Source: Scenedesmus sp. PABB004 (Eukaryota). From it: DNA of 64,000 nt. The position numbers were made by a program, and so were the translations under genes. The notes under the pieces are model-generated. The model was not told where the DNA came from, made no database searches, and worked only from the letters and a program-made list of their open reading frames with translations. Positions 24,801 to 35,374 of the stretch are shown here, piece after piece (position 1 is the stretch's first letter; every line of letters starts with the position of its first letter). The DNA lies in the NCBI GenBank assembly GCA_014905635.1, contig JABVCE010000002.1, forward strand, positions 1,488,001 through 1,552,000, in the 5' to 3' direction.

Positions 24801-27631
24801 GCCTCGGGGGCGAGCTGCTCACTGCTGGTGCAGGCCCGGCTCCGCGCCACGACGCGCACCGGGCGCGCCACCACCACGCCGCCGCCCGGCTGCGCGCCTC
24901 CGCCGCCGAGCGCCGCCGCGCCGTCCTGCTGGCCCAGGCCGAGCCCCTGCGCGGCCTGGTGGCGCAGCCAGGCCTGGTGCTCGGCCATGGCGGCCGCGAG
25001 GTCAGGCAGCGCCACACCGTCAACATCAAAGCGCGGGTGCCAGGCGCCCCGCTGCAGCGCGTCCCAGCTGGTGCCGCCGCCGTCGCCGGCCGCCGCGGCG
25101 GCGCCGGGGCTGGCGCGCTGCTCGCGCCGTCGGCGCGCCACGCGGCGGCGCTTGCCCCGGTCGCCGCCGTCGCCAGCCTCCACGTCGCTGCTGCCCTCGT
25201 CCTGCGCCCCGTCGCTGCCCTCCTCGCCGCTGCCCACGCCCGGCTGCAGCTGCAGCTCGGGCGCCTCCCCCTTGCTCTGGCGGCGGGGGCGTAGCCCAGC
25301 CCGGCCAAGCGGCGCCGCCTCGCCTGCCGAATGGGGCGCCCTGCGGCGCTTTGCCCGGCTGCCGCTCGGCTGCTCCCCCGCCGCCTCCTGCTCGCCGCCC
25401 ACTGCCGCTGGCTGCTCCGCTGCGTCGGCGCCCCGCCCACGCTTGCGGCGCGCGGCGCCGCTGCCGCCAGGCTGCCGCTCCTGCCCTCCCACCAGCGCCG
25501 CGGCGTCACCAGGCGTGTCGCCGTGCTTCAGCCAGCGCGGCTGCGCCGGCGCCGCGCTCTCCTGCTGCGGCTGCTCAAGCAGCTGGCCGAGGAACTGCTT
25601 GTGCACCAGCCACACCGCCGCCGCTGCGCAGGCACGCAGCCAGCGTTGCCGCCGCGTCGAGGCCACGCGCGAGCCGCTGCCGTAGCGAGCGGCCGTGGCG
25701 GCGTCGACCGCGGTGGCCTGAATCACGCTGGTCGGCTTGGCCGCCCGCCGCCTCGCGCCCCGACCACGTGCGGACGGCGCCGCTGCGGCGGGGTCGTCCG
25801 CTCCCGCCTCCTGCTCGGCGGCGCCGCTGCCCCCGCCGCCGCCGGCGTGCGCCTCGGCGTCACTGCCGTCGCCGGCCGCGCCCGCCGCGCTGCGGTCCTT
25901 GGCGGCCCCGCGGCGGCGCGTGGCTGGGGGCCCGGGGTCCACCAGCAGCACACGCAGGTCGCGAACATCAAACCCTGCGCCTGCAACCGCCGCCGGCAGC
26001 GCTGCTGCGCCGCCAGCCGCGGCGTCGCCGCTAGGGGCGTGAGCGGCCGCAGCGGCTGCTGCTGCTGCTGCTGCTGGAGCCGCAGCGCTCTCGGCATGAG
26101 GGGCACCGCCGCCCGCTGCCTCCTGGAGCTCGGCTGCAGCTGCGAGGCTGGCCTGCAGCTGCTGCAGCTCACCATCCGTGAGCTGCGCCGGCCACAGCTG
26201 CTCGTCGCCCAGCGCCAGCGGGTGGGCCGCCTGGCCGCCGCCGCCATCGTCCCACCACGCCGCACCCGGGCCCGGCTGGTCGGGGGCGTCGGGCGGCTGC
26301 AGCAGGAGCACCGCGCGGGGCGCCAGCTGCGACAGCAGCACGAGGTGGTGCAGCGTCAGCTGGTCCTGCGGGCGCGGCGCGGCGGCGGCGGTGGCGGGGG
26401 TCGCCCGGTGTGGCCCAGGGCCTTCCGCTGGAGCTCGGCGCCCCGCTCCCTCCGGCGAGCCGCCCCTGCTGCTGCTGCGCGCCTGGGGGAAGAGCTGGTG
26501 CACCATGTCGCACAGGCGCCCCCAGCGCGGCTGGATGCGCTGCGCGAGAAGGAACGAGTACGCCGCCTCGAGGTGCGCGCCCACAACCAGCAGCTGGCCC
26601 AGCGCCGGCGGCAGCGGCACGCCCGCAAGCGACCCCAGCTCGCGCTTGGTCAGGCTGGCAGGGCTCTGCATGCGCAGCTCAAAGGGCTGCCCGTCTGCCG
26701 CCGGCGGGCCGCAGGCCGCCGGCGCAACGTGTGCCGGGTGCGCCGGCGGCTGCTGCTGCTGCGGGGCCGCCGCCGCGGCCGGCGGCTGCGGCTGCGGCTG
26801 CGGCTGCGGCTGCGGCTGCGGCTGCGGCTGCGGCTGCGGCTGCGGCTGCGGCTGCGGCTGCGGCTGCTTCGGCTGCTGCTCTGTTGGCGCCGCCTGCGCC
26901 GCCACCTGCGCCGCCTGCCGCGCCGCCTGCCGCGCCGCCACCTGGCCCTGCTGCATCATGATGTGCTGCTGCAGCAGGGTACGGCCCTGGCCCTGCCGCC
27001 CGCCGCTGCTGCAGCCGCCAAAGGTCGGCTCATCCGACGCCGCGCCCCCCTCCGACAGGATGAAGCCGCCTCCCAGCAGCCCCTCCGCGCCCCCGCCGCC
27101 GCCAGCCAGGCTGCGCGTGGCAGCGCCGCTGCCGCCGGGCCCCGACCCCGTTGGGCGCTGCTTGACGGGCGACGGCTGCGGCCGCGAGGCGTAGCCAGGC
27201 AGCAGGCTGTCCAGCTCCGCCGGCGCGGCACCCTGTGCTGCCGGCGGCGGCGCGGCGGCCGCCTGCGCGGCGGCGGCCGCCGCCGCCGCGCGCCCCGCCG
27301 CCGGGTCGGCCGCCACCGCGCTGCCGCGCGTCGTCAGCGCCGTCTGCGGCGGGGAGCGGATGGCCGCGAGCATCGCCCCTGCCGACGGCGCTGCGCCGCC
27401 GCTGCGCCGCCGCTGCCCCGCGCGGCGCCTCACCAGCGTGTCGCCGTCGGCGACGCCCACCTGAGACAGTGGGGACTTCATGCCCAGCTGCGCGCCGCGC
27501 GCGAAGAGGGCGCACGCGGGCAGCCCGTGCTCCGCCGCCAGCGCGCGCCGCACGTCGCGGCCCGCTGCCCCCACCGGCACCTCCACCGCCAGCGCATGGC
27601 CGTCCAGCGTTCGCACGGTGAGGCGCAGCAT
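19859..27631 (-). CDS. HRQ1: HRQ1/MrfA-type DEAD/H-box DNA helicase with N-terminal ubiquitin-like domain and C-terminal DUF1998 Zn module, about 14 exons
   Basis: UBL (MLRLTVRTLDG...); LFRHQAAA; TSTASGKSLCY; FPTKALAQDQ; VVVDEGHAYRGVFG; SATIANP; ATNALELGIDVG; QQAGRAGR; LLYDKHPGGIG; CPCPYAKGCPCC. Confidence 0.93.
22980..23056. repeat. Coding repeat x3 (QQAERDPQ) in the HRQ1 inter-domain insertion
   Basis: ctgcgggtcccgctccgcctgctgcc occurs three times in tandem. Confidence 0.8.
26784..26867. repeat. (GGCTGC)n microsatellite encoding a poly-(Gln-Pro) tract in HRQ1
   Basis: About 14 perfect hexamer units. Confidence 0.9.
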
Positions 27632-28033
27632 GGCCGTCTCGCGCGCTCTCGGTCACGGCATGCCTCCTCGCTGCGCCGGCGGCGCCGCGCGCCTGCGAGC
27701 GCTGCGCTGCTGCGCCGCTGCTGCCACGCACCGCGCGTGCCCTCTGGGGGCCAGCCGGCGAGCTGCGGACGGGGGGGCGAGCAAGCGAGGTCTGGGCCGG
27801 GAGCGACGGTGCAGAGAGAGTGCGCTGTCCTGCCGGAAGCCCGCCGGGCGGAGGTGCGCGGTGGCGGCACGCTCGAGCGCGGCGGCACGAGGCGCGCCGC
27901 ACCATGCAGGCCCCACACACCGCGCCTGCCGTCCGCGACCGACCGACCCCCCATCCGTCGCGCCACACGCGCGGACGCGCCGCTCCCAACCGCGCGGCGG
28001 CGGCGCCGCTGCCACACGCCGCGCCGCCGCAGC

Positions 28034-28267
28034 ATGCACGCGGCGCGGCGGCCGCGCTGCCGCCAGCACTGCCTGCCCCCGCAGCAGCAGCATCATCAGC
28101 AGCAACAGCCATGCGGTCGCGCGCTGCGCCGGCGCCGCGCCGCAGCGCCACGCCCGCCGCGCGCCGCGACGGAGCAGCAGGCGCGGTTAGAGCTCGTGGA
28201 GCTGACCGACAGCTCGGCCACGACCCATTCCTGGCAGGAGGCCTACAGCAGTAGCAGCAGGTCCAGT

Positions 28268-28298
<31 letters not shown>

Positions 28299-29572
28299 GC
28301 GGCGGCAGCGCGGGCGCTGCGCCGTCCGGCGGGCCCAGCGCCGCGCTCGCGGCGCTGCCGGGCGCGGCGCGGCGCGCGCTGGCGGCGCTGTACCTGCCGG
28401 CCGGGTACCCGGGGAGCGTGACGGGCGACTACCTGGCCTACCAGCTCGCGACCGTGCCGGCGCACATCACCGGCTGGCTGTCGATCTCGCTGACCACGTC
28501 GAGCCTGCTCAAGGCGGTCGGCATCAGCGCCGGGCCCGTGGGCGTGACCGCGGCGGTGGCGGGCATCAAGTGGGTGGTCAAGGACGGCATCGGCGCGGCG
28601 GGGCGGCTGCTCGTGGGCGGGCGGCTCGGGCTCGAGTTTGACGACGACCCGCGGCGCTGGCGCATGGCGGCCGAGGCGCTCACCACGGCGGGCCTGGCGC
28701 TGGAGATCGCGACGCTCGCGTACCCGCAGCACTTTCTCGCGCTCGCGTCGCTCGGCAACTTCAGCAAGGCGGTGGGCAAGGGCATGGGCAAGCCGGTCTT
28801 CCGGGTCATACAGACCCACTTTGCAGCGGCGGGCAACAACGTCGGCGCCGTCGCGGCCAAGGAGGAGGTGTGGGAGGTCTCGGGCCAGCTGCTCGGCTAC
28901 GCCGCGAGCGTCGCGCTGCTGTCGGCGCTGTCCGAGTCCGACGCGAGCGCGGGCGGTGTGCTCGCGCTGTGGGCGGCGGTGCAGGGCGCGCACGTGGGCT
29001 TCCGCTACGTCGCGCTGCGCGCGCTGCGCTTCCGGCACCTCAACCAGAAGCGCGCGGCGCTGCTCGCGCGGGCGCACGTGGCGGGGCGCGCCCTGCCCGG
29101 CGTGCCCGAGGCCAACGCGGCCGAGCCGATGCTGCTGCCCGCGTCGGCGGTGCGCCCCGCGGTCGCGTTTGGGGAGAGCCTCGAGGCGGCGTGCGGCGGG
29201 CCGCCGGGCGCGCTCGCGTCGGGCGCGCTCGCGGCGTGGGTGCGCCTCTTTGCGCGCGAGGGCCATCTGCTGACCTGGCGCGGCCGCGTCGCGCGGGTCG
29301 TGATCAAGGTCGAGACGGGCGCGCTGCAGCCGGTGCTGCTGCGCGCGATGTGGCAGGCCGCGTGGCTCGACGCCCACGACGCCGGCGGCGGCGGTGCTGC
29401 CGCCGCCGCCGCTGCCGGGCCCGGCGACCTCGCGCTGCTGGCGGCAAGCGTCGAGGCGCTGGAAGCGCGCTTCGGCGCGTTTGAGGCCGAGGCGCGCGCT
29501 GCGGGCTGGGAGCTCGACACGGGCGTGTTCAAGGTCGGGCGCACGCGCGTGCGCGTCGAGCGCGAGGTTTAG
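28034..29572 (+). CDS. Root UVB-sensitive (RUS, DUF647) family protein, single exon
   Basis: LPAGYPGSVTGDYLAYQ, IKWVVKDGIGAAGRL, FDDDPRRWRMAAE, IQTHFAAAGNNVGAVAAKEE, FRHLNQKRA; transit-peptide-like N-terminus. Confidence 0.92.
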
Positions 29573-29794
29573 CCGCGGGGCCCAGGTGCGGGGCCCCAAA
29601 CCCTGGCAGGCCCACCGGGCCTCGACTGCAACACGGCTCTGCAATCCACTCGAGCGGCGAGCCTCTCTTGACACACGCCACGCGCACACGGCCGCCGGAA
29701 CCCGCTGCTCGCTGCTCGCTCCGCCCGCAGCGCAGCCGCCGTCGCTCGCCGCCGGCCGCGGCAGCTCCCGGAGACGCCCGGCGTGCCGGCCGCC

Positions 29795-30814
29795 ATGAAG
29801 CCGGGTGGCAAGCAGCGCGTGGGGGCGGGGCTGAGCCTGGACAAGTTCGCGGCGGCAAAGGTCAGCAAGTACAACAAGCGCAGGGTGCTGCAGAAGCAGC
29901 GCGCGCTCAAGGCGAAGCAGGTCAACAAGTATCGGCGCCTGCAGAAGCGGCTGGCTCAGCAGGGCAAGGCGCCGCCCGAGGTGCGCGCGGCCGGCGGCGG
30001 CCGCCGCGGCGCGGCGCGGCGCGGCGCCTGCGGGCCGCCGCACGGCCCGGCAGGGCCCGCCCTGGCGGTGGCGCATCCCGGCATGCGCGCATGCGTGGCG
30101 GCGTGAGGAGGCGCGCAGCGCGCAGGCCGCCGGCTCACGCGCCGCCGCTGCCGCCGCCGGCCGCAGTTCCCGCCGGCCGCCGACGACGACGCCAGCGACC
30201 AGGAGGAGGCGCAGGAGCAGCCGGAGCAGCAGCACAGCGACGAGCAGGGGCCGGAGTCGCCGCCGCCGCAGCAGCGGGAGCGCAGCAAGCAGCACAAGCA
30301 GCAGCACGACTCGGGAGCGCCGGGCGCCGCTGGCGGGCAGGCGCCGCGGCAGCGCCGCGACGACGCAGGCGGCGAGGGCGGCAAGCCGCACAAGCACAAG
30401 AAGCCCAAGCCGCCGTCGCAGCTGCAGCGGCTGGCAGACAAGGCGGCGGCGGACAGGGCGGCCAAGGAGGCTGAGCGGCTGGCGCACGAGCGCGAGCGCG
30501 CCGAGCGGCAGCAGCAGCTGGAGCGCAAGAAGGTGAGAGCGGGGCATGCCGGGTGTGTTGGGGTGACTGGCTGGCAGGCGCCTGGCGAGGCTGGGCACGG
30601 GTGCCACGCGCGGCCGCCGGCAGCGCCGCGCCCGCCGACGGCCGCCGCGCCGCCGCCGCCGCCGCCGCCGCCGCATCCGCCGCCGCAGCGTGAGCGGTCG
30701 CACGCAAAGCACGACTACTTCAAGCGCACCAAGCGCGGCCAGCCGGTGATGAAGTACCGCGTGGACAAGATCCTCGACGCGCTCACGCGCGAGGCACAGG
30801 GCGGCGGCGCGTGA
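29795..30814 (+). CDS. rRNA-processing protein FYV7 / TAP26 (CCDC59)-like, 3 exons
   Basis: Lys/Arg-rich; GLSLDKFAAAK, KQVNKYRRL; conserved C-terminal KRTKRGQPVMKYRVDKIL. Confidence 0.8.
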
Positions 30815-30972
30815 CGAGGCCTCGGGGCACGCGCGTGCCGCTGCGGGCTGGAGTTGTGGCGGCGGCGGCGGCGCGCCGGCGGCGGCGCGTGCAACCGCCC
30901 GAACCCTCGCCGCCGCGCCGCGCCGCGCCCCCGTTACCGCTCCGCCGCCGCCGCCGCCGCCGCGCCCGGCCG

Positions 30973-31362
30973 TCACGCTTGGTCTGGGCGGCTGCTGACA
31001 AAGAAGGTGGTGATCTTGTGGTTGCTCTTGGTCTCCTCCACGGCCTTGGCCGCCTTGCGCTCCGCGGCCCGCGCCGCGCGCGCCTTGGCCGCCTCGGCCG
31101 CCGCCGCGCGGCGCGCCTCCTCCAGCTCAATGCGCTGCTCGTCCGTCAGCGCCTCCTCCGCCTCCCCGCGCTGCTCCTGCTGCTCGGGCGCCTGCTGCTG
31201 CTGCTGCTCGTCGCCGGCCGGCTGCGAGCCGCCGCCGCCGCCGTCGCGCGGCGCCGCCGCGTGCTGCTGCTTCTTGGCGCCCGCGGGGGGCAGGCCGGCG
31301 AAGAGGCCGCGGTTGGCCGCCACGTCCTTCAGCCCCGCCTCGACCAGCCGCCGGTCGCGCCT

Positions 31363-31409
<47 letters not shown>

Positions 31410-32086
31410 CGGGTGGGGCCCCGGCCCTGTCGCCAGGCCCTGCCGCCGCCAGGTGTGCGCCCGCCCCGCGCTGCCCACGCTCGCGCCGTGCGCGGCCCCC
31501 ACGGACCTGACCACGGAGTCAAAGTCCTCCAGCTTGACCGTGCGCCGCTTCTTGGCCGCCGCCGCGGCCGCGCAGCGCGCGCCGAGCTGGCCCAGGAACG
31601 CGGCGGTCGCCTCGGTCACGAGCCACAGCGCGTCGGCGCTCACGCGCGAGACCTCGGCGTCCGCGAGCATGATGCGCTTCACGACGTGCCGCGGCAGACC
31701 AGCCGGCGCGGGCGCGGCCGGCTCTGCGGCGCCCTCCGCCGCGCCGTCCGCACCGCCCGCCTCGGCCGCCGCTGCGGCGGCGGGGGCAGCGGGCCGTCGG
31801 GCTCCGTCGCGGCGGTTGCGGCGGTCGCGCGCGCGAGCTGGGCGCTGCGCGCGGCGTGCGGGCCGCCGCGCGCCGCACCCGCGGCGTCGGCCTCGGCGCG
31901 CTGCCGGGCCTTGGCGCGGAAGGCCTCCCGCTCCTCGTCGGCGAGCGCCTTCCACGCCTCCCCGAGCGCCTTGGCGATGGCGGTCATGGGGACCTTGCCG
32001 TCCGCCGCGTCGGCGCGCAGGCGCTCCGTCACGGCCGCGCGGTGCTCTTCGGTGAAGAGCATGTAGGCGCTGCGTGCGGGCGCCAT
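30973..32086 (-). CDS. HMG-box plus histone-fold (NF-YC/Dpb3/CHRAC15-like) fusion protein, 3 exons
   Basis: HMG box ARSAYMLFTEEHR...IAKALGEAWKALADEEREAF; histone fold LPRHVVKRIMLADAEVSRVSADALWLVTEATAAFL...KRRTVKLEDF. Confidence 0.85.
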
Positions 32087-32437
32087 GGCGCCCGGCGGCG
32101 GCAGCGGCGGCGCGCTCGAACGCGTTTGGCTGCGTGGCGGGGCTGGGCGGGGCTGAGGCAGAGGGGGGAGGGCGGCAACGATCAGGCACGATGAGCAGTG
32201 GGCCAGCGGGCGGCGGCGCCCGGCCAGGTGGCGGCGGCGGCGCAGCGCCGCGTTCGAGCGCGCGTCACGCGCGAGGGCTTTGCCCGGCGGGCGCTGCTAG
32301 CCCCGGCGTGCGTCCCGGTCGCCGCTGAACCTTCCGCGCCCGACGCACGCCTCCCACGCCGCGCCCGCCCGACGCAGTCGCCCGCAGCATCCCCAGCAAC
32401 CCGCCCTCCCGCGGCGGCCCCGATCCGCGTGTAACGC

Positions 32438-32919
32438 ATGCTCGCCGGCCTGCGCGTCACCGCCGCCCACGCCACGCGCTCGGCGCCGGCAGCGGCCGCA
32501 GCAGCGGCGGCGGCGGCGGCGCTCGGGGCGCAGCAGCGGGCGCGCGGCGGCGGCGGCGCGATGAGCCAGCAGAAGAAGCGCCGCTTCAGCGCCGCCAGCA
32601 CGCTGGCCGCCACGGCCACGGGGGACTGGCAGGAGCTGGTGACGCACCGCCAGGGCGACAGCTTCAAGGTGCGGCGGCGGCGCGCCGGCCCGCGCCGCCC
32701 GGCCGCGCGCTGCCGGCGCCGACGCGCGGCGCGCGCCGCCGCCGCCAGGTCCCGGGCCTGCTGGTGACGGACCACCACTTCAAGGTCCCGCTCGACCACA
32801 GCGGCGCCGTGGCGGGCGAGATCGACCTGTTTGTCCGCGAGCTCGTCGCGCCCGCCAACGCGCGGCGCCCGCAGCCCTTCCTGCTCTTCCTGCAGGGTGC
32901 GGCGCCGCCACGCGCGTGC

Positions 32920-32954
<35 letters not shown>

Positions 32955-34444
32955 AAGCCATGGCAGCGGCAGCAGCGGCGGCAAACCCTGGCAGCGCCGG
33001 CAGCGGCGCAGCCGCGCGGCGGCGGCGCTGCGGCCGCGCCACGCCCGCCGCGCCGCGCGCAGGCGGCCCGGGGTTTGAGAGCCCCCGCCCGTCCGAGGCC
33101 TCGGGCTGGCTCAAGACCGCGGTGGGCTGCTTCCGCGTGGTGCTGCTGGACCAGCGCGGCACGGGGCGCAGCAGCCCCATCACCACGACCAACCTCGCGC
33201 GCCGCGGCACGCCGGAGCAGCAGGCGCAGTACCTGGCCTTCTTTCGGTGCGCCCGCCCGGCACGCAGGGGGTTCGAGCGCGGCAGCAGGCTGTTGCTGCG
33301 CAGCGGCCCCCAGCGCCGCGCCCCGCGCCGCCCACCGAGTGGCCGCGCTGCGCGCCGCCGCCCGCGCCCCGCGCGCCGCAGGGCGGACAGCATCGTCGCG
33401 GACGCGGAGCTCGTGCGCAAGGTGCTCGTGCCCTGCGGCGGCTCGGCGGGGGGCGGCAAGTGGAGCGTGCTGGGGCAGTCGTTTGGCGGCTTCTGCGCGC
33501 TCACCTACCTCTCGCTCGCACCCCACGGTGTGTGGCCGCAGCGCGCCGGGGGTGCGGCGGCGCGCCGCGCCGGCGACGCGCCCCGCCGACCGCGCCCGCC
33601 GGCCGGCGCGCAGGGCTGTGCGAGGTGATGACCACGGGCGGCGTGCCGCCGGGCCTGGGCGACGCGTGCAGCGCTGAGCGCGTGTACTCGGCGCTCTACC
33701 CGCGCGTGCTGACGCAGAACGAAAAGTTCTACGCACGCTTCCCCCAGGTGCCGTAGCCCGCCCGCCCGCCCGCTGCTGCCCGCCTGCTGCCCGCCCGTAC
33801 TCCTGCGCTCGCCCGTGCCCTAGTCTAGTCCTCGGTCTGGGTCTTGCGCGCGGCGCGCCCCGCTGACCCGCCCTGCGCCGCGCCGCCCGTCTGCTCTTCT
33901 GCGCGGCGCCGCGCGGCGCAGGACGTGGAGGTGGTGCAGCGCATCGTGCTCTTCCTCGCGGCGCAGCCGGACGGCGGCCTGGAGCTGCCGAGCGGCACGC
34001 GCCTCACGCCGCGCGCGCTGCAGCTGCTGGGCCTGAGCGGCCTCGGCTCGGGCGGCGGCTTTGAGCGGCTGCACTACCTGCTCGAGTCGTTCTTTGACGC
34101 AGACGGCGACGTCACGCCAGCCTTCATCAGGCGCGCCGCCCGCCCGCCCGCGTGCCGCGCGCGCGCCGCGCCGCGGGCGTGCGGCCGGGCGCCGCGTTGA
34201 CGGGCGCGCACGCCGCCGGCGCAGGGGGTTTGAGTCGTGGATGTCGTGGGACACCAACCCGCTGTACGCGCTGCTGCACGAGGCGATCTACTGCCAGGGC
34301 GCGCCCAGCAACTGGGCCGCGCACCGGCTGCGCGAGGCGCGCTGGAAGCAGGAGTTCGACGCCGTCGCCGCCGCGCGCGAGGGTGCGCCGCCGCCGCCGC
34401 CGCCCCTGCCGCCGCCGCTGCCGACCGTGCTCGCGCCCTCGCGC

Positions 34445-34487
<43 letters not shown>

Positions 34488-34999
34488 CGTCCCCACGCGC
34501 CGCGCCGCCCCGCCCCGCGCCCGCGCCCGGCCGCCCGCCCCCGCGCCCGTGCGCTCGCGCGAACGCGCAGGCCGGGCGGTGATGTTCACGGGCGAGATGG
34601 TCTTCCCCTGGATGTTTGACGACTTTGCGGCGCTGCGGCCGCTCAAGCCCGCGGCAGAGCTGCTCGCGGCGAAGCGCGACTGGCCGGCGCTGTACCGCCC
34701 CGACGTGCTCGAGGGCAGCGCCGTGCCGCTCGCCGCGGCGACGTACCTGGAGGACATGTACGTCGACGCCGACCTCGCGCAGGAGAGCGCGGCGGGCGTG
34801 GGCAGCGTGCGGCAGTGGGTCACCAACGAGTACAAGCACTCGGGCATCCGGGTGCGCGGGCCGCGCGGCGGCGGCGCGGGGCCGCGCCGCGGCTGCGGCG
34901 GCTGCGGGCGCCGAGCCCGCCCGCCTCTCGCAGGACGACGGCTCGCGCATCCTGGAGCGGCTGCTGGGCATGGCGCGCGACGCCGTGCTCCTGGAGTGA
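32438..34999 (+). CDS. Proline iminopeptidase (peptidase S33, alpha/beta hydrolase), about 9 exons
   Basis: FKVPLDHS, LLFLQGGPGFESPRP, LLDQRGTGRS, nucleophile GQSFGG, TNPLYALLHEAIY, YLEDMYVD, TNEYKHSGIR. Confidence 0.92.
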
Positions 35000-35374
35000 G
35001 CGCGACGGCGGCGGAGGCGGCGCTCGGTTGACCAGCGCCCGCAGCGGCGAGCGGCGGGAGACCGGGCGCGGTGCAACAGTTGCTGCGGCGCAGCTGGTGG
35101 GCAGACCCGCGGAGGGGCGTCGGGCAGACGCGCTCACTCCGGCCGCGAAAGGCGTGCGTGTCAAGCACGAACACGTTTTGCGCCGCCGGCACCACCAGTC
35201 GCGTCGCGCCCCTCCCTCACACCAACTCGCTCTGACTGCGACCGTCGCGCCATCGGCATCGCCCCGAGCCCGCCCGCACGCGCAGCAGCAGGCCGCGCAC
35301 GCCTAGGCCCCGCAGCAGCGCGCCCGCGAGCAGCGCCGCGACCCGCGCGGCCGAGAGAGCACGTCCCTGTCGCC

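Noticed and set aside
27430..27631. Ubiquitin-like domain fused to a helicase as a novelty
   Set aside because: Plant HRQ1 proteins are already annotated with an N-terminal ubiquitin-like domain.
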